Source: Eledone cirrhosa (Eukaryota). From it: a stretch of 64,000 nt of DNA. The notes beneath the pieces were generated by a model. The model searched no databases. It saw nothing but the letters and a program-made list of their open reading frames with translations, and had not been told where the DNA came from. Every line of letters starts with the position of its first letter. Position 1 is the stretch's first letter. The stretch is taken from assembly GCA_964016885.1 (NCBI GenBank), contig OZ024741.1, positions 297,476,001 through 297,540,000 of the forward strand, written 5' to 3'. Shown here piece after piece: positions 39,250 to 53,254 of this stretch. A program made the translations under genes and the position numbers.

Positions 39250-41606
39250 GTTTATTAGTACTCTGTATGTCTTTTAGGGCTGGGTTTGTTTATTAGTACT
39301 CTATATGTATTTTAGTGCTGGGTTTGTTTATTAGTACTCTGTATGTCTTTTAGGGATGGGTTTGTTTATTAGTACTCTATATGTATTTTAATGCTGGGTT
39401 TGTTTATTAGTACTCTGTATGTCTTTTAGTGCTGGGTCTGTTTATTAGTACTCTATATGTATTTTAGTGCTGGGTCTGTTTATTAGTACTCTGTATGTCT
39501 TTTAGGGCTGGGTCTGTTTATTAGTACTCTATATGTATTTTAGTGCTGGGTTTGTTTATTAGTACTCTGTATGTCTTTTAAGGCTGGGTTTGTTTATTAG
39601 TACTCTATATGTATTTTAGTGCTGGGTTTGTTTATTAGTACTCTGTATGTCTTTTAGGGCTGGGTTTGTTTATTAGTACTCTATATGTATTTTAGTGCTG
39701 GGTTTGTTTATTAGTACTCTGTATGTCTTTTAGGGCTGGGTCTGTTTATTAGTACTCTATATGTATTTTAGTGCTGGGTTTGTTTATTAGTACTCTGTAT
39801 GTCTTTTAGGGCTGGGTTTGTTTATTAGTACTCTATATGTATTTTAATGCTGGGTTTGTTTATTAGTACTCTGTATGTCTTTTAGGGCTGGGTTTGTTTA
39901 TTAGTACTCTATATGTATTTTAGTGCTGGGTTTGTTTATTAGTACTCTGTATGTATTTTAGTGCTGGGTCTGTTTATTAGTACTCTGTATGTCTTTTAAG
40001 GCTGGGTTTGTTTATTAGTACTCTATATGTCTTTTAGTGCTGGGTTTGTTTATTAGTACTCTGTATGTCTTTTAGGGCTGGGTTTGTTTATTAGTACTCT
40101 ATATGTATTTTAGTGCTGGGTTTGTTTATTAGTACTCCGTATGTCTTTTAGGGCTGGGTTTGTTTATTAGTACTCTATATGTATTTTAGTGCTGGGTTTG
40201 TTTATTAGTACTCTGTATGTCTTTTAGGGCTGGGTCTGTTTATTAGTACTCTATATGTATTTTAGTGCTGGGTTTGTTTATTAGTACTCTGTATGTCTTT
40301 TAGGGCTGGGTTTGTTTATTAGTACTCTATATGTATTTTAGTGCTGGGTTTGTTTATTAGTACTCTGTATGTCTTTTAGGGCTGGGTTTGTTTATTAGTA
40401 CTCTATATGTATTTTAGTGCTGGGTTTGTTTATTAGTACTCTGTATGTCTTTTAGGGCTGGGTTTGTTTATTAGTACTCTATATGTATTTTAGTGCTGGG
40501 TTTGTTTATTAGTACTCTATATGTATGTTAGGGCTGGATTTGTTTATTAGTACTCTATATGTATTTTAGTGCTGGGTTTGTTTATTAGTACTCTGTATGT
40601 CTTTTAGGGCTGGGTTTGTTTATTAGTACTCTATATGTATTTTAGTGCTGGGTTTGTTTATTAGTACTCTGTATGTCTTTTAGGGCTGGGTTTGTTTATT
40701 AGTACTCTATATGTATTTTAGTGCTGGGTTTGTTTATTAGTACTCTATATGTATGTTAGGGCTGGGTTTGTTTATTAGTACTCTATATGTATTTTAGTGC
40801 TGGGTTTGTTTATTAGTACTCTGTATGTCTTTTAGGGCTGGGTTTGTTTATTAGTACTCTATATGTATTTTAGTGCTGGGTTTGTTTATTAGTACTCTGT
40901 ATGTCTTTTAGGGATGGGTTTGTTTATTAGTACTCTATATGTATTTTAGTGCTGGGTTTGTTTATTAGTACTCTGTATGTCTTTTAGGGCTGGGTTTGTT
41001 TATTAGTACTCTATATGTATTTTAGTGCTGGGTTTGTTTATTAGTACTCTGTGTGTCTTTTAGGGCTGGGTCTGTTTATTAGTACTCTATATGTATTTTA
41101 GTGCTGGGTTTGTTTATTAGTACTCTGTATGTCTTTTAGGGCTGGGTTTGTTTATTAGTACTCTATATGTATTTTAGTGCTGGGTTTGTTTATTAGTACT
41201 CTGTATATCTTTTAGGGCTGGGTTTGTTTATTAGTACTCTATATGTATTTTAGTGCTGGGTTTGTTTATTAGTACTCTGTATGTCTTTTAGGGCTGGGTT
41301 TGTTTATTAGTACTCTATATGTATTTTAGGGCTGGGTATGTTTATTAGTACTTTGTATGTCTTTTAGGGCTGGGTTTGTTTATTAGTACTCTATATGTAT
41401 TTTAGGGCTGGATTTGTTTATTAGTACTCTGTATGTATTTTAGGGCTGGGTTCGTTTATTAGTACTCGGTATGTATTTTAGGGCTGGGTTTGTTTATTAG
41501 TATTATATATGCATTTTAGGGTTGGGTTTGTTTATTAGTACTCTATATGTATTTTAGGGCCGGGTTTGTTTATTAGTACTCTGTATGTATTTTAGGGCTG
41601 GGTTTA
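39250..41606. repeat. 38-bp satellite, about 62 monomers, organised as a 76-bp dimer
   Basis: Alternating TTTATTAGTACTCTGTATGTCTTTTAGGGCTGGGTTTG and TTTATTAGTACTCTATATGTATTTTAGTGCTGGGTTTG. Confidence 0.97.
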
Positions 41607-41739
41607 TTGCGTTTTGTAGTCTACTTTATCTTGTTTGGATATGTCTTTTTTCTTCATGTTTTAAATTCTCAATATGTTTATGTCCGTTAGTTATTTTGTG
41701 TTTGATATTTGTCATTTCGATGTGTATGTGCAATTTTTT

Positions 41740-42235
41740 CTTTAGACATTCTAACCACATGTCCGTAGAATCGGAGTTGTGACCTCTCAATTCCTAGAAG
41801 TAGCAGTTCTACATTAAGTGACTTTCTGATTACCGAGCTATGCACTCTATCGAGTAACATTACTCCAAAGACCCTTCAGAGTACAAACCCCGGTCGAATA
41901 CAAGCAACCATTTCGGTTGCTTGTATTCACAATCGTATTCTTTCGGTCATTATCCAAGATTCAGGACCATAGGTAGGGGTTGGCACTAATACCGAATTGA
42001 AGTTTGACTTTTACACCTATTTCCCTTCTATCTGATGACCGAATGATGAAGCCGGTGCATTACTGCACCAGCTCCTGCAATTCTTGCACTTAATTCAGCC
42101 TCCTGCCTTTCACCACTCGTGACTACAGCCCCGAGATACTTGAACTTCTCTACTTGCTACAGTGTAACTCTATTGACATGTGGAATGTGCACTGCATAGG
42201 CTTCCTTGAGAGGATGAGTGTCTCAGTTTTCGACT
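41740..42235 (-). mobile_element. RTE-like LINE fragment
   Basis: Minus strand reads EQVEKFKYLG...IAGAGAVMHRL. Same family as 28400-28530, 29240-29395, 44110-44350 and 49020-49430, the last two ending in (GAA)n. Confidence 0.65.
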
Positions 42236-42544
42236 AAATTTGACTCACACGGTATTCGTCGACTCGTTTCCACAATAGAGAGCAATTGCCCAAGGTACAA
42301 TGCAGTGGCATCAAACTCAGAACTATTTCATTGCAAAGGGAATTTAACCCATCATCAAGACCTGGACGTATCTTATATTGTTATATTAATTTACACTTGT
42401 TTTAAGCGTTGACCGATTGGTAGAATCATTAGGGTTAAAATGCTTTGTGTCTCTTTATTTTCTGAGATCAAACCTCGACGAGGTCAACTTTGCCTTCCAT
42501 CCCTCCGGTGTCGATAAGATAAAGTACTCCCCCCGCCCACACAC

Positions 42545-42943
42545 CTAAATTGCCGGTTTTGTGCCTAAATTAAAAACTATGATTTTTACACGCGATTTTT
42601 TTTTGTGTTTATCTGAATTACCTCGTCTAAAAAGCGAAATAAAAAGGCTTGAACTTTGCACGTAGAGCAAAATACAATTGGAACCAATGGTTTTCATACA
42701 CACAAATACACTCACACAGGCACGTGCATGGAGGAAGAGCACCAGAAGGGGAGAGGTAGATATATAGATAGAGAGAGAGGACCCTGCTGTTCATTGAGGT
42801 TAGGGAGGATTTGTGGATTTTGTGTTTTCTCCTCACATTGCTATAATTTTTTTTCTTTCTCAGATGCTCAAAGTATTTCGCCTATAACAATACAACCCAA
42901 TTCTGTGTCAGACAGACATTACTTACGGCAGGTAATAGCATCG

Positions 42944-42994
<51 letters not shown>

Positions 42995-43838
42995 GTTCTT
43001 TGAGTCTCAGTCATTAATGTTATTTAACTGGACAGTTTGTTGAAATGAATATCAAGCCACTACCAGCAGCCTCAGACATTGAGGACGTATCGGAGGGTTC
43101 TTGCTGTTCCCAGCAAACATGCCTTTTGAAGTGTTCCAAAAAGTGGGGCTGGACTAATCTTCTTTAACCATCCTTGGAAACTCTATGACAATCGGGACGA
43201 CCTTGATTTCATGGCAGTTCCAAATCCTTTTTAACTCCCACTTTAAATCCTGGTATCGGTTAATTTTCTCCCTCTCCTTTTCTTGCACTCTCGTGTCAAA
43301 TGGGCAGGCTACATCTACAATCAGACAGGATCTTTTTTCTTTGCCCAAAACCACCAGGTCAGACCTATTGTGTTCTAATTTCTTGTCCGTCTGTATCCTA
43401 AAATCCCATAGCACCTTCACCTGATCGTTTTGTATCACCGACTCTGGCTTATGTTCATACCACTTCTCTTATTATTATTATTGTTGCTGTTGTCGTTGTG
43501 TGAAATGTACTCTAGTATTTAGTTACGGCCCTTTACGTCCTAAGTTCAAATCCCGTCGAGGTTAGCTTTGCTTCTCATATTTCGGGGTCGATAAAATAAA
43601 GTACCAGTCACGCACTGGGGTCGATTTAATCGAATTTCCCCTTACCCAAATTGGTGGCCTTGTGCATATAGTAGAAATCATTATTGTTGTTGTCGTTGTC
43701 GTTGTTGTTGTTGTTGTTGTTGTGGTGTGTGTGTGTGTGAAATGTATTGTAGTATTTAGTTACAGCTCTCTGCGTTCTGGCTTCAAATGCAGCTGAGGTC
43801 AAATTTGCATTTCGTTCATTCGGTGTCGATAAAATATA
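42545..43838 (+). repeat. Local segmental duplication, copy 1 (copy 2 at about 45951-46678)
   Basis: Collinear blocks, e.g. 'aaattgccggtttt...ggcttgaactttgcac...caattctgtgtcagacag...aggtaatagcatcgatt' and 'gtgtgaaatgtattgtagtatttag...gtcgataaaatat', are present in both copies. Confidence 0.85.
42997..43470 (-). mobile_element. 5'-truncated R4/Dong-type non-LTR element in a (TAA)n microsatellite
   Basis: KVLWDFRIQTDKKLEHNRSDLVV...IVDVACPFD...EKINRYQDL...WN...VVPIVI is a restriction-like endonuclease; both ends abut (ATT)n. Confidence 0.85.
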
Positions 43839-46800
43839 GCACCAATCAAGTATTGGGGTTGATTTAATCGACATTCCCTCCCCATCAAAGTACTAGTCTT
43901 GCGCCTATGTTGTTGTTGTTGTACAAGATGCGCCTCTATGTGTGTAATCTCCTCTATGCCTGATGCTCTATCAATTGTTCTTATTTGATAATAATTGTTT
44001 CTACTATTGGCACAAGGCCAATAGTTTTTAGGGGAAGGGGAAAGTCAATAATATTGACCCCAGAACTTATCTGGTACTTTATTTTATTAACCACGGACAA
44101 AAATTAATTCTCTTCTTCTTCTTCTTCTTCTTCTTCTTCTTCTTCTTCTTCTTCACCCACTCATTCCTGAGAAAGTCGTGGGTGCAGAGTCCTTAAAAAC
44201 TCCCAGCGGGTCCTGTCGGAAGCAACCGTCTCCAACTGATCCGGCTGGATCCCCAAGCGAAACCAGCCGACCTCATGAATGTTATCCAACCTTCTTTCTC
44301 GGGGTCTACGCCTGGGTCTCATGCTAGTTGTTTTTGCACGTAAAATCTGATATAAAAAAAGGATCTTCTGAACACAACCAGAATAAATGGAAGTCAAAGA
44401 GAAATCGACAAGCAAAAATTAACAGATATTTTCCTTAAATATTTTATTTGTTTTGAGTAATGTTTTATTTTATGTGAACTATATTTTACAAACAAAAGTT
44501 ATACAATGATGGAAATAAAAAAAAAAGATAAAAACAAAATTAAGTAACGAAAAAATGTGGAAGGGGTAAAGAAGGGCAGATCTGGCTGTATAGGAAAGTA
44601 AAGGAAATTACTAAATGCGATAAATGAGAGAAAAAAGAAGGAAAGAACAAGGGCTATTTGACAACAGAAGAAAGAGAGGAGGAAGAGGAGAGGGTGTCAG
44701 ACTCTACACCTAGGTCAGGGCAGTGTTTAGGCTGCGCCCCGCTGACAAAATTGCAAAGGCATTTCCGCATACAATGGCCAGCGGAACCCGCTGCAACAGC
44801 CACCCCACATCACGGAGCTTCTTCCTCAGATGGGCTGCTGACATTTCAATTTTATGGAGGATCTATCATACTCTACTTTTTTAATTATGGAAAGCATACA
44901 TGAAATGACGTTACCCTATATACCCTTAAAAAGAGGAGGAATCGACTCCAGTACTAGACTGGTATTTTTTTATCGACCTTGAATAGATGAAAGGCAAAGT
45001 TGACCTTGGCGGGATTTGAACTCAGAGAGCCGGAACGAATACCACAAAGTATTCTATCTGACGTTCTAACGACTCTGCCAATTCGCCGTCTTATTTATTT
45101 ATTGCATGCATGCATGGTCCCATAACTCCTGAGGGTGTCGTAGGGGCACCGTATTGACATACGGCGTTTCTAGGGCATTTTAAAACTCAGTTGAGCCCAA
45201 TCCTCTCCAAGTCTGAATACAGCAGATTTCTTCCAGAGAAGAATAGAGAAAGTGAGAAAATGGAAGTGAGAAATAGATATAGAGGGAAATTCGACCTCAG
45301 TACTAGACTGGTACATTTTTTATCGACCTTGAATGGATGAAAGGCAAAGTTGCCAGGGCGGGATTTGAACTCAGAGAGCTGAGAGCAAACACGAAACCCG
45401 CAAACCATTCTATCCGACGTTCTAACGACTCTTCCAATTCGCCACCTTATTTGTTTATTAAAGAAATAAAATATGTTCCATTGAATTATCCTTAATTTGA
45501 ATCTAGTATTTTCTCTATTAGAAGTATTCAGTTTGTCTTCAGGGAATGACATGCATTTAGAATAGGCTGAGTGAAAGGTTCATATCTCCCCACTTGCAGA
45601 TCTTCTGTTATTTTATAGTTACCTATATGTAACTACTAGTTTCTACGTTGTTGGTATAGCCGTTAGATCTGTGTTCTTTATTAAGTACAATACTAGGGCG
45701 GTGGATTGGCAGTATCGGTAAAGCGTTGGACAACAAACTTTGCAACATATAGTTATGGCCCTTTATGTTCTGGTTTTAAATCCCTCTGAGGTTAGCTTTA
45801 CCTTATGAGGTCGATAAAATAAAGTACCAGTAACCAATTCGGGTCGATTTAATTGTCTTTTCTTTCGCTTGAAGTTGCTGGCCTTGTGTCAAAAGTAGAA
45901 ACAATTATTAATACAGGGCGGTGGATTGTTTCACCCCTGTCCCCCCTCCCCAAATTGCCGGTTTTATGCCTAAATTAGAAAATATGATTTTTGCACTCGA
46001 TTTTTGTTTTTGTGTTTATCTGAATTACTTCGTCTGAAAAGTGAGATAAAAAGGCTTGAACTTTGCACAGAGCAAAATACAATTGGAACCAACGGTGTTC
46101 ATACACACAAATACATTCACACACGCACGCGCATGGAAGGAGAGCATCAGAAAGGGAGAAGGGGAGAGGTAGATAGATAGATAGATAGATAGATGTGTTT
46201 TCTCCTCACATTGCAATAATTTTTTTCTTTCTCAGATGTTCGAAGTATTTCGCCTATAACAATACAAACCCAATTCTGTGTCAGACAGGCATTACTTACG
46301 GTAGGTAATAGCATCGATTATTATTATTGTTATTATTATATTGGCAGTATCGGTAGAGGATTGGACGCCATGCGTTGCAGCACAGAGTTACGGCCCTTTA
46401 CCATCTTAGTTCAAATCCTGCCGAGATTAAGCTTTGTCTTTCATCCTTACTCGGTCGATAAAATAAAGCACCAGTAATGCACTGGGGTCAATTTAATCGA
46501 CTTTTCCCTCCCTTTCAAATTGCTAGCCTTGTGCCTCAAGTAGAAACAATTATTATTATTATTGTTGTTGTTGCTGTGTGAAATGTATTGTAGTATTTAG
46601 ATACGGTCCTCTGCATTCTGGCTTCAAATACAGCTAAGTTCAAATTTGCCTTTAATTCATTCGGGGTCGATAAAATATCTTTCATCTCATCTCATTTGTT
46701 CCGTAGTCTGTTGAACCGTTGAGGCGCCACAGATGACCTGGAAACCAGCTCCTTCCATTCCCTCTCGTCTCTCGCCCTCCTCATGGTTGCACCCAGCTCA

Positions 46801-46893
46801 TGCCTGTCCATTTCGGAATGTTGTCCTCCTATCTCTTTTCATGTCTGCCTCTCTGTCTCCCTCCTTGTACTGTTCCCTACAGGACAGCTTTTA

Positions 46894-47102
46894 TCCATAT
46901 ACTACTTACAGACAGTACTAACGAAGTTAAACTCTTCAGAAGCAATGTTATGCGGCATATTGCTGCGTTTCAAATGACGTCCTTTGGAGCTGAAAAAGAT
47001 CGTACTGACTATGGTTATTTCACATTTAAGATCCAAGGCCAAAGCTACCATTTATTCGGCAGTTTACTCCCCCAGCCTAATAAGAAAGTTTTATGATTTT
47101 TT

Positions 47103-47163
<61 letters not shown>

Positions 47164-47269
47164 TTACGGTCTCACCTCATACCAGACAACACATCAAAAT
47201 ACAGTCGTTTTCTCTTTTAACCGTCTTCACTTAACTATTCTCCCGGGCGAGGCCGGGTACCTCAGCTAG
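46894..47269 (+). mobile_element. Small non-autonomous Helitron retaining a Rep N-terminal fragment
   Basis: A|TC start, coding remnant AAFQMTSFGA...TFKIQGQSYHLFGSLLP, subterminal hairpin CCCGGGCGAGGCCGGG and CTAG|T end. Confidence 0.8.
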
Positions 47270-47537
47270 TACTTAATAATTCTTTCTAATTTAGACGCAA
47301 ATATATAAATATATAGTTGGATGGATAGGTGCCTAGATAAATTGATAGATATACAATATTTAAATACATTTTTTAAAGTAGATTTTATACACAAATATTA
47401 AGTGAATTAATCCCAAATTTAATGTTAAACAAATCATTATCTTGATGTTTTATATGATAGGAAAAATAACCATGTAAAACTAATGGAGTTTTAACTCGGG
47501 AAATAGAGGGATATATGCTAGAAATTATTATTATTAT

Positions 47538-48310
47538 TGGAGCAGTATCAGTAGAGGGTCGGACACCATGCTTTGCTGCATAGAGTTACGGCCCTTTATG
47601 ATCTGAGTTCAAATCCCCCGAGGTTAACTTTGCCTTTCATCCTTATGGGGTCGATAAAATAAAGTACCAGTAATGCACTGGGATAATTGCTGGCCTTGTG
47701 CCAAAAGTAGAGACAATTATTATTGGATTGGCAGTATCGGTTGGTTGAGTGTCGGACATGCTTTGCGGCATAGAGTTACGGCCTTTTACGTTCTGAGTTC
47801 AAATCCCGCCGAGGTTAGCTTTGCCTTTCATCTTTACGTGATCGATAAAATAAAGCAATAGTAATGCACTGGGGTTGATTTAATCGACTTTCCCCCTCCC
47901 CCAAAATTGCTGGTCTTGTGCCTGGTGGATTGGCAGTATCGGTAGAGGGTCGGACGCCATGCTTTGCAGCAAAGAGTTACGCCCCTTTATGGTCTGAGTT
48001 CAAATCCCGCCGAGGTTAACTTTGCCTTTCATCCTTACGGGGTCGATAAAATAAAGTACCAGTAATACACTGGGTAATTGCTGGTCTTGTGCCAAAAGTA
48101 GAAACAATTATTTGCCATGCTGAATTGGCAGTATCGGTAGAGGGTCGGACGCCATGCTTTGACGCATAGAGTTACGGCCCTTGCCATTCTGAGTTCAGAT
48201 CCCGTCGAGGTTAACTTTGCCTTTCATCCTAACGGGGGTCGATAAAATAAAGTACCAGTAATACACTGGATTAATTGCTGGCCTTGTGCCTATTGTAGAA
48301 ACAATTATTT
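47538..48310 (+). mobile_element. Head-to-tail tandem array of four tRNA-derived SINEs
   Basis: Copies begin at about 47538, 47727, 47927 and 48125, each with head, core and tail. Confidence 0.85.
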
Positions 48311-48900
48311 GCCATGCTATTACATTATTTGAACTCAGAACGTAAAGGACCGTAACTAAATGCTGCAAAGAATATTGTCCGATGCTCTGAACTCAGATAT
48401 CTGAGAGCCCGGAGCGAAGACCGCAAAACATTTTATCCGACATTCTAACGACTTAGCCACGGCCTTTCTTGGGCATTTTAAGCCTGGCGGAGCCCGTTCC
48501 TCTCCAGGCCTGTGTACAGCAGATTTCTTGCAGAGATGGATAGAGAGTGACAGAGAGGAAGTGACAAAGATATAGAGGAAGAATCGGTCCAGTACTTGAC
48601 TGGTACTTTTTTATTGACCTCGAATGGATGAAAGGCAAAATTGACCTCGGCTGGATTTGAACTCAGAGAGTAGTGAGTCGAAACGAATACCGCAAAGCAT
48701 TCTATCCGACGTTCTAAAGACTTTACCAATTCGCCATCTCAATATATTATCCACAATTCGTAATTCACAACAATTTATCTGAAAGTTTCCTTGCATTCCT
48801 TTCTCTTCTGTAAACATGACCCAGACCAATAAATAGAATACAAAACCAACAAAATTCAATAAGTTTTCATAAAATGTATATGTTTACTTTCAGCGCCAAA

Positions 48901-49006
48901 ATGAGACTCCATACATTTCTTGTAGCATTCACTTATTGCAGCTTAGCACTGGCTGCTACGGTTGTTGTTGCTGTAGACCCGATTAAATGCACTTCCTCAA
49001 CTGATA
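48901..49006 (+). CDS. Secreted ependymin/LolA-like repeat protein, coding exon 1 (signal peptide)
   Basis: Acceptor tttCAG at 48891-48893; MRLHTFLVAFTYCSLALAATVVVAVDPIKCTSSTD; donor A|GTAAGT (phase 1). Confidence 0.8.
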
Positions 49007-52000
49007 GTAAGTATTTGTTCTTCTCTTCTTCTTCACCTACTTATTCCTGAGAGGGTCGTGGGGGCAGAGACCTCAAACACTCCTTCCAGCGCGTCCTGTC
49101 AGAAGCAACCATTTCCAACTGATCCGGCTGGATCCCCAAACGAGACCAGCCAACCTCATGGATGTTATCCAACTATCTTGCTCGGAGTCTACCCCTGGGT
49201 CACCTACCGGTTGGTTTTGCTCGTAAAATCTGTCCAGCGATTCTTTCCTGAGACATTCTAATCACATACCCATAGTATCGGAGCTGTGATCTCTCTCTCA
49301 ATTTGGAGAAGAAATGGCTCTACCCGGAGTGATTCTCCGAACGACGTACTTTATCGAGTAACGTTACTCCAAAGACCCTTGGGAGGAATCTCATTTCGGT
49401 TCTTCTATTCGCGATCGTATTCTTTCAAGTATTTGTTGTCAGTTAAATCTGTTTTCCAAAATATGTAGTGTTATTTAGTTTTTATTTTACAATTTAGTGA
49501 CAATTCTGCTGTTTCACATCTTTCCAAAATCTGCGAGACTGCTAGTCTGGAAGAAAGGAAACTATCCTCTAGTCTGAGACCTAGCCCAATACTAAATACA
49601 GCCTATCACCATATAGTCGTGTTAAAGTGAGCGACGGATTATGTCTATAACACGCACAGTCACAGGGCTTTCGTCGACAGAGGTTATGATTGAACCTTGC
49701 TAAAGATGTGAAACAGCAGAATTGAACTTAGAATCACGTTACTGTCAAGCGAACCTATTAACCATATACTCATGCCTGAATTGAGTGGATAGGAATACAA
49801 GACTCCTTACATATTTAACAAAAATAGCTATAATCGATTAAATATTCCATTTTTCACTGTGGATGGGATTTAACTCCTTGGTCTAAAGACGTGCTATGTC
49901 GTCTTTCTATGTGTTCTACCACTACTACAGTAGCCTCTGCTCTCCAGAGCCTACTGACATCGCCCCCCCTCCTCTGATGCACTGCCAGCTCACTCGTCTC
50001 TCTTCTTATCGTAGCTTGCCCATATTATGTCCATTCTTTCCAGGCTCCGTATTAACCAATACATTCAGTCAATGCGCACCAGAACATCCAAACATATTTT
50101 CCCTGCAGCTGTCAACTTCAAGAACTATTCAAGAAAACTATTAACTACGTCAATCCCACCGATCTCGCTTGGTCTGCAAAAGCAATAGCTATAACTTCTT
50201 CCAGACCAAGCCGACTAAAATCCAAGCTCATATAATTATGTGAATATTAATAAACGATACATTTTGCTCCAACATCGCTGTTGGTCAAATTGATGTCAGA
50301 AATATTCATACGTTTTTCTCGATGAGAACCTTGCAACATAGAGAATTCAAGAGTTTGTATAAAATTTAGCATTTAATAGGAATATATGTATGTTCACGCA
50401 GTACAATTATATACCAGGCTTAACTAAAATAGACTAATAGTTAGGTAGACATACACACAGAGATACCCACACACATGCATACATGAGATAATATATTTGG
50501 TTGTAAAGGACAAATCCAACTTTTGTTAAACGAAGCTTCGTTCTTTTTTCCGACCCTCAGTAAATACCATGGTATTTCTAATAAAGTAGTCTAACAGTAG
50601 TTATAGTATTCTCATGTAGCCTGTATCTTTTAAGCGAACAATTTGATTGTATCTATCATAAGAATGTCCTAGGTAAGCTACTTACCTCTGTGCTTCATCC
50701 ATTTCGCATGTCTTGGGTCCTCTTGTTCCTGTCACATCAGACAATCGTAGTGTGAGATAGTGTTTTTTCTCCCCCTCCTCCCCCTCTCTCTCCGATGTCA
50801 CCTGAAGTTCGGATATTCCTTAAATCCAAATCTCTCCTGTTCATTACAACCTACTAATCTAACAATATCCACTTCTATATATATATGAAACCACTCATCA
50901 CTTTCATACACATGCATCACCCATATGCAACAGATATACAACGCTGCATTGTATCTATGAACAGAGAACTCCAAAGCTTGTTTCAATGAGGTCATAACAA
51001 TGTTGCCGCTTTCAAACGTACAAAGATACAATCACTCAGTATATATATAAAAAAAACAACAATTATATTTCAACTTCTTTAGACTTGAACTACTCACAAT
51101 TAAGATCTTCAAATCGCTACAAATACTAAGCTTCACAATCTCTGTTGCTCTCCTTTGATATCATTACATACATGATATAGTGAAACTCAATAGGACCTCG
51201 ATGACTAGCCAGGTGTTGTGCACCCATAACTGACTGCCCATGGGTTTGCCTCTCCAAGGCACAAACCTGGACAAGATGTCTTGTGGAAGACCAGCAGTCG
51301 TCCATGCATGTCAGTCACTCTTCACCACACTGAAGTTGTCCAAAAGAAAGGCACCAGTTTCGTCGAAACTCATTCCCCACACCCCTAGTTTAGTGAAGTG
51401 TAGCAACGGGAAATAAAATATGATGAAACGCCCCCACCCTTCCGACCAGAAAATAGATATTACGATCGGAAGCCCAGCACCCTAACAACTAAGTCACTTG
51501 CCGTCATTCAAAATGGGATACTGTTCCCATATCTGGGACAGTGCTGTTGCTGTAAAACAAGCATCTTAGAAATTACCTAAAAGGAAGTCTTCTATGTCTT
51601 TGGCATAGAGTTATGTTATTGCAATTTGTACAAAATACATGAAAATATGATGTATGTATGGTCCCGTAACTCCTGATAGAGTTGTAGGGACGCCGTATTG
51701 ACGGCGTTTCTTGGGCATTTTAAGCCTGGTGGAGCCCACCCCTCTCCAGGCCTGAGTACAGCAGATTTCTTCCAGAGAAAGTGAGAGAGAGGAAATGAGA
51801 AATAGATATATAGGAAGAATCTACCCCAATATTAGACTGGTACTTTTTCATCGACCTCGAAAGGATGAAAGGTAAAATTGACCTCGGCAGGAGAGGCTAA
51901 AGCACTCTATTCGACGTTCTAACGAGTCTGCCAATTCGCCGCCTATGAAAATATGATACCCTCTACTAAAATACTTCACTGAGATCAATAGGCAATCTAC

Positions 52001-53254
52001 ATGTTAGTGGGATGAAATAATTAAAAACAAAACAAAACAAAAGTAGAACTCAAGGAAATAGGGATGGTTTAAGTTGGCAAGAATAAAAACAACAGCAATT
52101 AATAAAATTTGCAAATTAACAAGTTTGTGAGCTGAGAATTTTATTAGATATTGTTTGTCTTTTGATATTTTTAATTTGAATGTATGAACCCATAACTCCT
52201 GATAGAGTCGTAGTGGTGCCGTAGTGACGTACAGCTTGTCTTGGGTATTTAAAACCTACCGGAGCCCATCTGCTTTCCAAGTCTGAGCACAGCCGATTTC
52301 TTTCAGAGAAGTAGAAGAATAGATGGAGTGGTGCTTTTTCTGAAAGGATGAAAGGCAAGTTGATCTCGGTGGGTTTTGAACTCAGAGCACAAAGTATTCT
52401 ATCCAACGTTCTAACTACTCTGCAAATTTACCGCTTTATTTTTTAATTAAAAAAGAAATCGAGTAAATTTCAAAATACTGTAGCAAATTCTGTAAAATGT
52501 ACTTGAGGGTAACGATAAAGATGCTAATATTCTTAAGATTTCTTTGCAGAATTTTTTGAATGAGTTTTTGCCTTGAATTTTTACGAATGTTTCGTAGATT
52601 TTTCATTGACAAGGTTTGCCTTATTGAAGTATCATTATTATTGTTGCATATATATGGTGGATTGGCAGTAACGGCAGAGCATCAAACACCATGCTTTGTA
52701 GCATAGAGTTATGGCCGTGAGTTCAAATCCTGCCGAGGTTAACTTTGCCTTTGATCTTTACGGGGTCGATAAAATACAGTACCAGTAATGTACTGGGGTA
52801 ATTGCTGGCCTTGTGCAAAAAGTAGAAACAATTATTGTTGCTGCAAATCAACGGAGAATGTCTGCTATGTTAACATCGATAGTAAAGATTTTAATCTTAT
52901 CAAGAGAAATTACTTTTTTAATCAACAACATTTGATTTTTTTTTTCTGTCAATTTGTATTGTATTAAAATGTATAATGGTGTGTCCGTTGGGGGTGTATA
53001 CATGCATCCACTCTTAAAAGAAAAGCAGTACGAAGAAGAACCATAAGGTGTGTGTGTGTGTGTGTGAGAGAGAGTACTTTAACAAAAAATTATTTATCCT
53101 CAAATTTTAAATTTATATATAACTTATAAATATAATATTTAAAATGTCATATTGATCTCGAATACCTGGTTACTTGGTGGTTGATTCTAATTAAACTGGG
53201 AAATTTATTTCCACAGGAGAGTGGGTATCAGCTAGTATACTCTAATACAACAAA

